DNA of 64,000 bases from Ptychomitrium polyphyllum (Eukaryota), in assembly GCA_973851085.1 (NCBI GenBank), contig OZ316776.1, positions 310,001-374,000 of the forward strand. Reading direction: 5' to 3'. Every line of letters starts with the position of its first letter. Within the stretch, counting starts at the first letter, position 1. Positions 1 through 13,954 of the stretch are shown piece after piece. A program made the translations under genes and the position numbers. The notes beneath the pieces were generated by a model. It was not told the DNA's origin. It worked only from the letters and a program-made list of their open reading frames with translations, and did no database searches.

Positions 1-3000
1 CTGGAGCGACGAGTGTTACCCTGCGAGATGGGATTGGAAGAAAACGACGAGGGCGGTTACTTGTGGATGGCCCAAGCGCGAGAGACGGGCAATGTGGGAG
101 AAGACAGGAGTTGCGAAGGCGTGTGCTTGTGCTGGCATCGGAGTCAAACGTTGCGGCGTCTGAGGCTGACGCTCCGACTACCCCCGCAGACGCTGTCAAT
201 TTGGGATTGGCCCTCTTCTCCAAAGTCAGGTACAGCATGGCATTGCTCCTTCTCCCTTCCACCGCATCCTTCTAGTCCATGATTATCCGTTGTGTGAGCG
301 AACTCGAGCATGATCGATCATAACGTCTACGCTTTTTCCAATCCTTTCAGCTAAATCCTATGGATATATAAGTACTTAATGCTCCACGCTTCTAAATCAT
401 GAACAACAATCTGATTGTTCCTCGTGCTTGGAATAGGTTTAGCTTCTGAAACTCTCCTCTCAATTGGTTCATAATCTATATGGATCATCCGCAGAGTAGT
501 TGTGATAGATTACCTGCGTAGCACCCTTGCTTTGCTAAGTTTGGCGTCGTGGTGTCCAGGTCGAAGATGCTCTGGTGCAGTTCGACACAGCCCAGCAGAT
601 GAATCCAAATGAAGAGGAGCCTCAAGCTGCCCCGTACAACAAGGCTTGTTGCCATGCCCGCAGGTTGGATATATCCCTTGTGTCTGTGTACAATTTTCCA
701 GTGCCTTTTGTGTGTGGTGTTTGCTATGTCCATATGCCATCAAAATAAGTTAGAAGTTGTGCATCTAGATTTAGCTGATCCAGGAATTCTTACACAAGTT
801 TATTGGGTTGATTGGTTACAGTGACGAAGGAGAGAAGTCCTCGCTAGCTCTTAGGCGAGCTCTCAAAGAGTACAACTTGAAATTTAGTGTCATCTTGAGT
901 GATCCGGATATGTCCCCTTTTCGAGCAATGTCAGAATTTAAGAAGTTGCAGGATGAGGTGACGTGCATCTTGACATGGTGTTAGCATAAGCTTGGGAAGA
1001 AATGGGATACCAATGACTTCTTTAAATACATCACTAGCACATAAATCTTTCTCAGTTAACGAGTTTAGGGTACTTTATTCCCCGAGTCTGAACAGTTTCT
1101 GACATCAATCTTTTGATCTGAGCGTACTCATCTCTATGTTTCGTGCAGGCCAGGACAGGTGGAGAAGAAGTGGGCGGAAGTTTCTGTAGAAATCTGAAAT
1201 TGATTAATGAGGTGCAGGCTCCATTCAGAGGAGTTCGCAAGTTTTTCTACTTGGCTTTGTTTTCAGCGGCGGGGATTTCTACAGTTATTACTGTCCCCAG
1301 ATTCATACTTGCAATCCAAAAAGGGGAGGGGGCGCCTGGCCTAATCGAAACTTTACAGAACCTGGCCATCAATATCGGGGGTACATATTCTAGCACATTA
1401 CTTGTTTATCAATGAGGCATACCCTTCTAATCTCTGGAATCTAGATATAACTGATTTGTTATTTGTTATGATTTGATTTGTTGGCTCAATTTTCTTTGAG
1501 TTGTATTGGCAATTAGAATTTAAGATTGTGTTGTGGATAACTGTCAGTTGGTTTAGGGAGCTTGGAATTGATAAATCTATCAATGTTAACACGGAGCAGG
1601 AGGTGGGGCGTTTATTGCTTTGTACCTTTGGGAAAACAAAAAGGAAGAAGAGCAAATATCTAGAATTACAAGGGACGAAACACTTTCAAGGTTGCATGTT
1701 CGCCTGGAAACTAATTGGATAGTTGAGCTCATGCAGTTGCGAGAGAACATTCGACCGGTGAGCTTTAATCTATTGCAAATTGGTCAAGTTAGATATCAAT
1801 TTAGAAATTTACCCCTTTTTTAAAATTGATTTATCTGTATTTCTATTATTGAGTTTTCAGTTTTGAGAGCAACGAATCTGAGTGCTCGTTAATGCATGGC
1901 GATGTTAAGTGTGACTTAATGTTTTTTTTAATTTTTATCGGCAGGTAATAATTGCAGGAACGGCGGAGAACGTGGAGGAGTCGCTGCGTGCAGCTGAGAA
2001 ATATCGAGAAAACTTGCTGAAGCAAGGTGTTCTACTTATTCCTTTGGTATGGAATGCGAGTAAGCCAACCAAGCCCAAAAAGAAACTCGGCTTCGGGGGC
2101 AAGCCTCCTGCGGTATGTGCTTCTGATCGTGTGTTGATTTCCATATATATAGAGAGGACCTAGCGACCATGTGTTAGGTCCCATTAACAAAGACCGTTCC
2201 ATTCTTGGCGTCATACATTTCATAAATTAGAGAATTTGGTGTGGTGTAACTATAAGTTCTAAGGGGTTTGTCAATGATAAGACAGATGATGTGAAACTCG
2301 AGCATATAGGTTTACATTACTTGAGGATAATTGCTATTTTGGGAACTTTAGGATGAGTCTGAGCAGCGAACTAAAGCTGCGGTTGCAAAAGGTGTTATTG
2401 AAAGAGGAAAACGTTTCAAAGCTAAACCTGTCTCACCAACAGAGTGGGAGAGGTAAGATTCTGAGACGTGAGATGTGTCACTTTTGATAAGCTATCTCTC
2501 CTAGTTTTTTGGACTGATGGGGTGTCCTCTAATTAGTTTTTCAGAAATAGACATTATTACATGTGACTGGACAGCGAAGCAGTCGCAATGCAAACTATGT
2601 TCTCGCGGCAATCATTTTTTGAAACTTATTAAATTGCAACAGTTGGGTGAGAGAGCAACAAAAATTGAAAGGAGTGATACATGGGGACGACGTTTACATT
2701 GTTCTGCGGCTGGATGGAAGAGTCCCAAAATCTGGACGAGTGAGTTGCCCAAACCCATCTTTTGCTTTGTATCTTGACTGCTTCCTCCTGGCGTAGTTGT
2801 GTGTTGTGATTGTTTTAACCAATTCGTGTCTTATTTGAATCCGATTGCTGAAAACTTGAATATACCTTCTTAGGTGCTGTAGCATGGTTGACATAACTGA
2901 GGCGCAGGAAGGACAGAGAAAGATTAAAAAAAATCATATCAAATATATTTACTTTAATGATCACAGTTAGTAGCAGTGCTAATTCTGTACCATAAGGCCA

Positions 3001-3227
3001 TTTCGACAATCAAGGTTTAGGTTCGATTAATACATGTACTATTGCTTACTAAGCCGTTTTATAGAAGACGTTAAGTCACAAGACGCCAGTAACTTTTGCT
3101 ATCGTGAACACATGAGCTGTGCAAATGATGTAATTTCGTTATTCCGATGCAGGGGATGCCTGAATGGGTTGATATTGTGAATGAATTGGCGCCCTTGAAT
3201 ACTTTTGTTAGCAAAGTTGAGAGGTGA
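1..3227 (+). CDS. LPA1: LOW PSII ACCUMULATION 1-like chloroplast TPR/DUF3493 protein, 9 exons, 5' end outside the window
   Basis: Exons joined by hand at GT-AG boundaries with consistent phase: <1-229, 560-663, 822-957, 1149-1380, 1600-1757, 1945-2112, 2352-2452, 2643-2739, 3153-3227 (TGA). Translation has VEDALVQFDTA..YNKACCHA, YNLKF..DPD..FRA, LKLINEVQAPFRGVRKFFY, LWENKKEEEQ..ITRDETLSRL, DDVYIVLRLDGRV and GMPEW..SKVER*, all as recalled for plant LPA1. Confidence 0.9.
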
Positions 3228-6200
3228 AGTGGTTCATGTTCTATTCTTCTCTTGTTGAAGGTATTGTACTTGCCACGTCTTCTGCATCAGTTTAGCAGAA
3301 GTGATGTGACGTATGATATATAAATTCTCATGTGCTACTCAAAGAGAATTGCATGCTCAATTTTGCAAGGCACTTCTTGTGAAGATAGAACACAAAAATT
3401 GTGCTCTTGCATCTGCTTGTTGAATAGCAGATAGTCTTCAAAAAATATAGTTTTGGACATGTTGTCATGGAGCCATATAACTAGGAAGGGGTACTAGTAG
3501 TTGGTCAGAACTGCACATCATAGAGAGTAGGCCTCAACCAGTCAAATATTGGTCCTTAGAATTATGTCAAGCAAGTTATCGGTTCCATGGAAACAAGCCT
3601 TAGGTATCAAACAACTCTTTAGTAAATTACAATTGTCAAAGGAGTTGTTGGCTTCAACACAGTTATTACCCTTTACAGCACTAGTCTTTGCAGCATCTAG
3701 TGCTTAAATTTGGACTCAATGTTCCAATGAGAGAAAATGGTGCAACTATGTCCCCATCAGACCTTCAATCAGTTGCACCACTCTCATGACTGGGATATGG
3801 AGTTTCTACTGCACTGATGATTTCCATACTGATCATGACAAAGTAACTCCAATTGCAAGGTATCTCTGTAATATTATGCATATTACCAATCCTGTGAACA
3901 TTACTCAGGTTGCTGGCCTCTTGATGGTTAGTACCTACACGGACAACATTTCACCAAACTCAAACAACCGACACGCCTGCAAGCGTGGTCCTGCTCAGAT
4001 TGTGATTGCTACCACCTGATGCTAATGAACATGACCAACTATTTGACCTCAATCATTCACAATGGGGATAAATGTGAAGAGGAAAAATAAACGGGGACAA
4101 CGGAAAAAAAAACAATTTGATTTGTTTTGATTGTGACAATGACTATCCCCTCTGTTTCTCCATTGCCCTTGACCAGGCATGTTGCACTGGCTTTTGCTCA
4201 TTAAACCTTGATTGGTTCATCATCCAATACTTTGAAGTCCTTCAAAACAGACTCTTCTTAGGCAAGGTTGTGATTCCAAAATTCCCAATGAACCAAGACC
4301 TGTCAAGTTCTATGCAATTAACTGAGTGGTTGCTGGGGTTCACTTTTGTAAGTTGCACTGTAAACTCAAGTTGATATGAATTGTAATCATTTTGAAAAAT
4401 TATACTACCCAAGGTGTAAATTTTTAGTTGAAGATGCTGCAGGTGCTTAAAACTGTCATTCAAGTGCATAGTGCACTACGTTTCCGTAAGTAGCTCACAC
4501 TTATAAAGAGATGAAATCTAAGAACAAATACTTTAAGGCTAGACATAGGCTTCATAGTGCAAGACCAAACACTTGTAGTGCGGTTGTTAGAATCACCCTC
4601 TCCCATTTTAAGTCAATTACACTTATTCATTTCTCAAGTACTCATCTCATACTACAATCTCATTTAAAATCATTTGATCTTTGAAAGACTTTAAACACTA
4701 ATGTTTTTCTTAGACATGTATTAGTAGTCTAGAAAAAACATACCTTTTTAATTGAAGGAGTAGTGATTCTTATGATATTCTTTCAATACTCTTCATCCTA
4801 ATTCACATGAACTTTTATCCAATATTCGTATGAACTTTCATCCAATATTTACATAAACTTTTATTACATAACATAGTCAATGGACAAAAATTTATCCAAT
4901 TCAATCTTTTATGAATATCAAATTCTATTTCAACTATAAGCTTTTGAGTAGTAAATCAAAAAAAAATATTGAGAGTACTATTGAATTAATTGAGAATGGA
5001 TATGATTTTGTAGAAGTTGTTTCTAATATCATTTAACGTATAAGTTCACTAAATGAATAGAATAAAAGTTTGATAATTAAAATATAAGATACTAAAACCG
5101 TTAAGAATACATTTGATATAAACATGCAATAAACATACATGTGTCAAACACATAATCATCCAAGTAGTTTAATCATGGCTTGGATGAATATTCCATGGTT
5201 AGTACAACATTGACAAAAATGGAGGTTAGTTGATAACACTTCTAGTCATTTACAACTTCTATTTCAAAAACTTACAGTTAATTTGTGTTCTTAATTTTTT
5301 TAAATTACACTAGATAATACTTCATAAACACTTTTAGCCCATGGTTCTAAGGACCTTTTTCATTAAGAACATTTTCTATAAACATTCTATATGTTAACCT
5401 TTGATTAAGTAGATATTAACCTCTGAATTACAACAATTGTCAAAATTATTGTTGTAGGTTTTCACCAAGTAAAAAGTGTGCATGAAACATGTGTTAACAT
5501 TTATGATATATTAAATACCTCTTTTATTTCTCTTGAATGAAGATGCTTAAAAACCCAATTTACATAGAACTAAGAATGTTATGTCTCCACTCAAAGATCT
5601 ATGCACCTGTATCTTTTGTTCATTGTAAACTTTGCTCAGCTGAAAAGTATATTTGGCAATACCTGGGAGTAGATGCCTGCACTTTAATATACTTAGTATA
5701 TGAGACTCTCTGGACCAGTGCATGTCTGCACAGCCTTGGAATCAAATTAGTTCATTGTTGCATTACAAATCTTTGCCCATGGTCAGAGGAGCCACCAGCG
5801 AAGCTCAATCTAGGTGGATAGTATTGCACAGTTATTAACCAATAGGTGGTTCATTACTTTGCAGAAATTCCATTTAAACAATGAAATCTAAGTATGTAAG
5901 TATGCATCAAAATTTTCAGAGGTTGATTCATAGCATACGTGATTGGTTTGGATGGATGTGATGTGGTCTATGGAATAACGTAATCATATAACAATTTCAT
6001 TTAAGATGAGAAAAACAAAATTTAAATATTGATGGATATGAATGAATGTCAATACATGTATATTTCATTTCATGTCATTTACATGATGTGTCATGGTACC
6101 AATAGGATGTGTGGAAGTCAATTCAAAGAATAAGTTGTTTAACACTATCCACCAACACATTGACTTAGCTTCAAAATTTTAACTTTAACTTTAAAGGTAA

Positions 6201-8067
6201 GAGGCCCAACAGTTTTATACTTCAAAGAAGAAGCCACTGATTTCCACAGGTGCTCACATCTCATTTGATAACAGACAGAGAATAAGGAAACACCACATCA
6301 AAATATCCACACAAAGCACATGAAACAAAAGTTATAGTTTAGCTTTTACTAGCCATAAAACACAAGAATGTACATATGTGCAGCTGTGTTGGCTACTGCA
6401 GCAGCATTTTGGAGAGTACAAAACCTTCATTGGTCTTTGTTGAAGCAGAACAAGAGCACCTGCTCGAGCAGACTCTGCCAGATCTTCCCCAAAGGCAAAT
6501 GGAATGGTGAGTATGTGACCATGCGACTCCTGGAGGGTGCTATTTCAGTTACCCAACACGGGTATGTGCATACTCCTTGTGGTGAAAATATTGTTTCAAG
6601 TTCAAATTGTCACATCTAGTCAAAGCACTTGCATATATTAACCCTTCCAGCACCAAGCTGTCCATGCCTTGATGCACCTGGTGTTTGATAGCACTAAATA
6701 AGCCATATGCTCCTCTTTTTTTTTTTAAATCATCAAATAAAAGATTCCTCTAATTCTACGTGATTGTGCACCTTTCCTGATATTTACAGAATTTTGAAGA
6801 CTTTTTTATTAATTAAAAAATGATTTTTGCAAATGCATAAATACATATCTAAAATCACAAAAAAAATCAAAAAATATATTTTAGTGTAATTTTGTAGTAA
6901 TTTTTATGTTATTAAAAACTCAAAGTCATAACACTTTTGTTTGGAAGTTCCGTGATATTCAGGTTTATGATGTACAGATATCTTATACTTAAAATTTTTT
7001 TAAATAATAGAAGTGCCAAATATTAGTATTTATTTATTTGTTGTTTGTTTGCATAATGTGGTATTTTTGTCATCTTCCTTGTAAAATCAATAAAGTTCTA
7101 TTTTAATCGAATAAGGGACTCTTTACAAAAGAATCAAATTTACAACTTGATTCAGTTCATAACATACTAAAATTAATACTACAGATACTAAACATTTAAG
7201 AATTAAACTAGAAATTCAATTTGAAACTTGTTGAATCCAACAATCAACAAATATATTTAGATGAATACTGTATTCCCATGAAGAACTAGTTTAGAATGTT
7301 GTGTTTGGCCAATGCATGAACAAAACAATGTTTTACAAATTGTGTAATGCAGTATTATGCAATTTAGGTATTGCAATGTAATGAGCCATTCTAAACTGCT
7401 GGCACTTCGGTTGTTTACCTGCCAGTCGTGGGGTGTTATGCACAAATTAGATGCTTGATTCCACTTGGAAAATTCCAAACCTCAAATTACTCAAAATACT
7501 TAAACTATAGAACACATGACCTGTTGTAGTGATCCATTCTGTGGTTAAAGATGCTCTGATCTCTCCACTTTCTCTTTGATCGAGAAATAACTGTAACATT
7601 CATCAAACTTCTGCGAGCTCAAAAAGGTTTGTCCGCTTCAAATTTTATTTACCCTTGAATTCTTTCGATATAATAAAATATTCGCGGCTTTGCATTTTGA
7701 ATGTTCTTTGAAGAATAACTCATTTGGTTTTTTTTTAATTTTCTTATTTAATTCATAGCTCTCTTTGCTCCCAAAGATTTGTTAAAAATAAAAATTGCAT
7801 AACATCAAGATTTATTTATTCCCGACTTGTAGTATTGTAAGCATCAAAGTTGCCTGTGCATGTAAGAAGTTTAAACATGCACTTCACCTAAAAGTATCCA
7901 AAACACCCAAATCATTCAATTTAAATCCATACTTAGTGCTATTGAACATTTATGAAAGCCTTGAAGGCTTCTTATTTTCTGGAAGGCTTATTTTCTTATC
8001 TTCTTAATTCAAACCTCAAGTTTTCTGTTTGTGTCACTACTTTTATGGAGTTTTGACTACATAAGAC

Positions 8068-8475
8068 TGTTGGAGATTAGAGTTGCTCGTAGTATTTACG
8101 GTGGTATAAATAGTATTGTATTGTGATAGATATAGAAGGAGAGAAAATAGGGAGAAAAAGGGAAAACGTGAAAGCCACTTAAGAGGTATATATATGGTAC
8201 ACGGTCAACGTGGTAGGATCAACCCACATGTCTTGCATGGGAAGGCAAGAACAAGTGGGTGTATGAGTTGGCATAAAGGAACTTGTAAGTGGCTTTGGAA
8301 AGCTACTTACAAGATACTTAAGAAGGACCTTAAAAGATGCTTGAGACGTCACTACGTAGTAGTATAAGTAAAGGCCTTCGAGAGAAGGCAACATCTCACT
8401 TTAAGCATTGTTGGTACTACTTTGTGTGGTTCTATGCTTGTGCAATCTTCTTCTCTACTTCTAGTGACTTCAATA
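8068..8475 (+). repeat. 5' LTR
   Basis: Starts TGTTGGAG, ends CTTCAATA; about 11 mismatches to the 3' LTR counted by eye. Confidence 0.95.
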
Positions 8476-8488
8476 GGTTATGGGCCCA
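8476..8488 (+). promoter_or_regulatory. Primer-binding site GGTTATGGGCCCA (complementary to the anticodon region of tRNA-iMet)
   Basis: Directly follows the 5' LTR; same motif type as the Drosophila copia half-tRNA PBS. Confidence 0.85.
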
Positions 8489-8556
8489 CTCATGTGAGTT
8501 GCGAATGTAGAGTTTTTTGTTGCAAAGTTGTTTAGAGGAGGTCTTTTGAGAGTTCG

Positions 8557-8716
8557 AGGTGCACAAGGGTTGATTTGGAGCTTTAGAGGTGCACAAGGGC
8601 TGATTTGGAGCATTGGAGTTGCACAAGGGCTGGTATTAGAGCTTTGGAGGTGCACAAAGGCTCATTTGGAGTATTGGTGAGCACAAGGGCTGATTTGGAG
8701 CTGTGGAGGTGCATTG
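8557..8716 (+). repeat. About five imperfect ~30-bp tandem repeats in the retrotransposon 5' leader
   Basis: Recurring GCACAAGGGCTGATTTGGAG core. Confidence 0.75.
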
Positions 8717-9215
8717 GAGAATTGGAGACGGCTTGAGAAGGCACAAGGAGTTGGAAGAGCGGAGGTGAAGCACATCAATGCGTTTGGACCTTGTAAGTGT
8801 TCAATCCAAGTGGATGTGTTCAATTGCTCTTCAAAGGTGCTGATTTGAGTGAATGATGTGCTTAGATGCACATTGGAGTCTAGGTGGAGCTCTTTAATGT
8901 TGTTCAAGTCCATATTTGCATGTATGAGCAAAGAAGGGGCTGATTTGATTGAATGAGGTGCAAAGGTGTGCATTTGAGTCTAGAAGGAGTGGATTGAGTG
9001 TTTGAGTTGTACCTTTGATCATTTGAGCTTAGAAGAGACTCGTTTGAGAAACTTAAGTAAATACTTGCACATCAAAGCCTTGTAGGGGCTGATGTGAGTA
9101 TTGTAGATGCTTGTAAGCACGTTGGAACCTAGAAAAGGCTCAAATTGAGTGATTGAGGTGCCTTAGTGCACAATCAAACCTTGGAGGGGCTGATCTTGGC
9201 CATTAAAACGTTGTC

Positions 9216-12200
9216 ATGGCCACATTTGAGAGTGAGAGTGCTAGAAGCATTAACAAGTTCAATGGGGAAAACTTTGGCCTTTGGAAGTTCCGCATAGAGA
9301 TGGTCTTGTTGTCCATGGACCTTTGGGATATAGTGGAGGAGACCAAGGAATCCCTCGCAAGTGATGAAGATCCAAAGGTAATAAAAGAGTACAATCTGCG
9401 TACGAAGAAGGCCTTGTCCGTCATTGGATTGAGTTTGGTGAATGCCCAACTTGCACACATCAATAGTTGCAAAGGACCAGCGGAAGCATGGAAGGCATTG
9501 TGCAACATCCACGAAACAAAGAGCTTGTCCAACATCCTCTTTATTTGCAGCAAGTTCTTCACTATCAAGATGCAAGAAGGTGATGACTTGATGGACCACA
9601 TCAACCATGTAAGGGAGCTTGCGGATCAGCTCACATCCTTCGAGGTCCCCGTAAGAGAGGAAGATGTAGTGATGACGTTGCTTGAGAGTTTGCCACTGTC
9701 ATTTGAGAACTTAATCATTGCCTTGGAGACGTTACGATTGAAGGACCTCACCTTGGAGTTTGTAATGGCAAGAATGATGCATGAAGTGAACAAGCGCAAG
9801 GAGAAGGAGAGCCATGGCAATGATGCGGCCTTGTATTAAAAGCAAACCAAGGGGGGCAGCTCATCTTCACATGGAAAATCAAGGTTGTGTTACAATTGTG
9901 GCAAGCCGGGCCACCTTGCACAAAATTGCCCCAAACTAAAGAAGTAGGAGCGCGACAACGCAAACCAAGCAAAGGACAAGGAGAATGCCAACCATGCAAA
10001 GGAAGATGACTACGCCTTTGCTACTCAAGATGGTCCTCATTCCAAGTCCACGTCCAAGTGGATCATGGATTCGGGCGCCACGAAGCACATGACACCTCAT
10101 AGGGTGACATTCGACACATATGAGGTAATTAGTCCACGCAACGTGCATTTAGGTGATGATAGTGTTGTGGACGCCATTGGAATAGGTTCCATTGTTGTGG
10201 AAGTCCTTGTGAGAGGCCATTCGAAGAAGGTCACAATTAAGGACGTCCTCCACGTGCCCAAGTTGCAAGCAAACTTGCTCTTGGTGAGCAAGCTTGTGTC
10301 AAGTGGGTTGAAGGTGCAATTCAATGTGCATGGATGCACATTGAGGGCACCAAATGGCGATGTACTTGCAGTAGCCCCTCGTCAAAATAACTTGTACCAA
10401 GTCACCTTTACAAAGGTGTATGAGGCGGATGCAGCCAACATAGCACAATTGTCAACAACAAGTGGTGCGATGGAGCTTTGGCATCGCCGACTTGGTCATT
10501 TGAATGTGAGAAGTGTGCGTTTTCTTGCAAGCATGGTAAGCGGCATGACCCTTGGTAAGGATGAATCATCTATACCGTTTTGTGAAGGGTGTATGCAAGG
10601 CAAACAACATAGAGCACCATTTCCAAAGGATGGAAGCACACGTGCTATAAAACCTTTGGAGATTGTGCATTCGGATGTGTGTGGCCCAATGAGGACCACC
10701 TCCATTGGTGGTGCAAGGTACTTTGTGACCTTCATTGATGAGTTTTCGAGGAGGGTGTGGTTGTACACGTTGAAGACGAAGGGAAGTGCCTTAAGAAGTT
10801 TAAGGAGTTCAAGGCATTTGCGGAGACACAATTAGAGCATAAGATCAAGGTGTTCCGGTCGGACAAATGGTGGGGAGTTCATATCCAAGGCCTTTCGACG
10901 CTTCTTGAAGAACCACGGCATCGAGAGGCAACCATCGACACCTTACACGCCAGAGCAAAATGGAGTGGCGGAGCGTGCGAATCGCACCATTGTGGAGATG
11001 GCAAGAAGCATGATTCATGCTCAATGCCTCAAGCTCTTGTTTTGGGCGGAAGCAATGTCCAATGCGGTATATATTCGTAATTGGTGTCCTACAAGGGCGC
11101 TTGTCACCGTTACACCACAAGAGGCTTGAAATGGCTGCAAGCCATGCGTTGCACACATGTGCGTGTTCGGTTGCATTGCATTTGCAAAGGTGCCAGATGC
11201 AAAGAGGGATAAGCTTGATGCTAAAGGAACCAAGTGTTTATTTCTTGGATATTGCAAGGGAACCAAGGCATATCGCCTCATGTATATTGAAACACGGAAG
11301 ATCATTAGGAGTTGTGATGTAGTGTTTGATGAAGATAGCACTAGCGTTGGTCATGGTTTGGAGATGAGTCCAAGTGGGAGTTGTGAGACGCCGTCGTTGG
11401 TTTTGGTGGACGAATCTTCCAAACCAACTCCCTCACACGAGAGTGATGATGATACCAAAAAGAAAGAGTCGGTGGACAACAAACAAGATGTAGTACCTTC
11501 ACCAACATCCACACGAAGTGAAGGCCTAGAGGTCGAATCCAAACAAGAACCTCGGTATCCAACGAGGGAACGACGTCCACCTGGAGAGTGGTAGAAGGTC
11601 CACATCTTGCCACAACATGAAGAAGAGCGGGCCAATGTGGCCACTCTCGACAAATCCATTGAATGTAGGCAAAGCAATGAGATCGGAAGATGCGAGCAAG
11701 TGGGAGGTGGCCATGCAAGAGGAGTATGACTTACTCATGGCAAATGAGACGTGGGAGTTGGCTCCGCTTCCAAAGGGTTGTAAGAGCGTTGGGTCTTTCG
11801 CACGAAGAAAGACGCTTCGGGTGAAGTGGTACGCCACAAGGCACAATTGGTGGCCAAGGGATTTTCTCAAGTTGCGGAAGTCGACTTCCTTGAGACCTTT
11901 GCTCCCATGGCCAAGTTCAACACCATTCGGTGCATCCTTGCACTTGGAGCGGCGTTGGATTTGGAGATCCATCAAATGGATGTGAAGACCGTATTCTTGA
12001 ATGGCGAGTTGGAAGAGGACATCTACATGAGTCAACCGCAAGGATTTGAAGAGAAGGACTTTGAGCATCTTGTGTACAAGCTCAAGAAGTTATTGTACGG
12101 ACTCAAGAGCATGGTACCAACGGATTGATTCCTTCTTCTCCAAGGAGGGCTTCACAAAGAGCGAAGCGGATCATTCCTTGTACATCAAGCAAACGAGTGA

Positions 12201-13221
12201 GTACTTGTTGATAGTGCTCATCTATGTAGACGACTTGATCATCTTGGCTAGCCTTTTGGCAAAGTTGGCATGGCTCAAGGCCAAACTCAATGCGGAGTTT
12301 ATAATGAGTGATCTTGGGGAGTTGATGTATTGCTTGGGAGTGGAATTTGAGAGGGATCGTAAGACACGCATCATCACCATGAGCCAAAGGAAGTACATCA
12401 AGGAGGTACTCAAGCACTTCAACATGAAGGAGTGCAAGCTCATTGGTACGCCACTTGATGTGAATGCCAAGTTGTTGAAGCTTTTGGTGGAGGAGTTTGA
12501 GGCCATCAAAGGTGAGATGGAAGGCATGCCATACAAGTCTGGTGTTGGCTCATTGATGTATGCCATGGTGGTTACACGAGCTGACCTTGCATTTGCGGTG
12601 AGCATGGTGAGTCAATTCATGTCTAGGGCCGGTCTGGCACATTGGAGTTCGGTGAAGCGCATCATGCAGTACTTGCAAAATACCATGGACTACAAGTTGT
12701 ACCTTGGTAGTAAAGAGCTTGCCTTGAAGGGGTATTGCAATGTGGATTGGGCCGGAGATGCAAACGAGCGTCGTTTAACAACCGGATACGTGTTTTTTGT
12801 TGGAGTTGGTACAATCTCGTGGAATTATAGGAGGCAACCTACAATTGTGTTGTCTACAACAGAGGCGGAGTATATGGCCACTAACCAAATCACCAAGGAG
12901 GCCATTTGGATTCGAAAGCTTTTGGCGGATGTGGAGTTTGTGCAAGAAGATGCCACAACCATCATGTGCGACAACTAACGATGCATCGCACTTGCAAAGA
13001 ATCCCACATACCACTCATGTACGAAGCACATCGATGTGCAACACCACTTCATTCGCGAGAAGTTGGAGAGCGGCGAGATAAGTTTGAAGTATTGCCCGAC
13101 GAAAGACATGGTTGCTGACGTGTTGACGAAGGCACTCACGAAGGATCGACATCAATGGTTGGCAAAGGAAATGGGATTGCGAGAAGGTAACTACTTGCAA
13201 AGTTGGAATGTTGGAGATTAG
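9216..13221 (+). pseudogene. Disrupted copia gag-pol polyprotein
   Basis: Domains are split across ORFs 9216-9839, 10065-10835, 10905-11129, 11157-11594, 11826-12128, 12046-12978 and 13036-13221 by in-frame stops and frameshifts; the final stop lies inside the 3' LTR. Confidence 0.93.
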
Positions 13222-13616
13222 AGTTGCTTGTAGTATTTACGGTGGTGTAAATAGTATTGTATTGTGATAGATATAGAAGGAGAGAAAATAGGGAGAAAAC
13301 GGGGAGAGGTGAAAGCCACTTAAGAGGTACATATATGGTACACGGTCAACGTGGTAGGATCAACCCACATGTCTTGCATGGGAAGGCAAGAACAAGTGGG
13401 TGTATGAGTTGGCATAAAGGAACTTGTAAGTGGCTTTGGAAAGCTACTTACAAGATACTTAAGAAGGACCTTAAAAGATGTTTAAAACGTCACTACGTAG
13501 TAGTATAAGTAAAGGCCTTCGAGAGAAGGCAACATCTCACTTTAAGCATTGTTGGTACTACTTTGTGTGGTTCTATGCTTATGCAATCTTCTTCTCTACT
13601 TCTAGTGACTTCAATA
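13209..13616 (+). repeat. 3' LTR
   Basis: Near-identical copy of 8068-8475, followed by AAGAC. Confidence 0.95.
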
Positions 13617-13837
13617 AAGACTTGAGATTCAATCAAATTAATCTTTACTTGCTAAGATCAAATTATAAGATGAGAAAAGTAAATAAGAATACCGTTTTAT
13701 TATAATGCGGAAAGAGCGTGAAATTTTGTGCAATGACTGTAATATTGGACCAGTAACATTGGTGCAAAAAATTATACAATAGTTTCTGGACCAAAATGGA
13801 ATGATTATTTCAGTTATATGGTGTATATATAGACAAA

Positions 13838-13954
13838 TATATATATATATATATNNNNNNNNNNNNNNNNNNNNNNNNNNNNNNNNNNNNNNNNNNNNNN
13901 NNNNNNNNNNNNNNNNNNNNNNNNNNNNNNNNNNNNNNNNNNNNNNNNNNNNNN
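13838..13954. other. (AT)n microsatellite running into a 100-N assembly gap (13855-13954)
   Basis: Seen directly in the sequence. Confidence 0.95.

Larger units (their letters stand above)
8068..13616 (+). mobile_element. Full-length, decayed Ty1/copia LTR retrotransposon, primed by half-tRNA-iMet (Bryco/Osser-like lineage inferred)
   Basis: Two 408-bp LTRs (8068-8475, 13209-13616); AAGAC target-site duplication at 8063-8067 and 13617-13621; copia domain order gag, CCHC (CYNCGKPGHLAQNC), protease (WIMDSGATKHMT), GAG-pre-integrase (LWHRRLGHL), integrase (HSDVCGP), RT (YVDD), RNase H (KHIDVQHHFIRE). Confidence 0.97.

Noticed and set aside
3450..6700. Exon-like, CpG-poor patches and a TTAACCCT motif at ~6638 suggesting a DNA-transposon relic
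   Set aside because: The frames I tried are stop-ridden, no domain was recognised and no partner terminal repeat was found.
8116..8367. Duplicated 83-aa ORF (second copy 13257-13508)
   Set aside because: TTG-started incidental frame inside the two LTRs.
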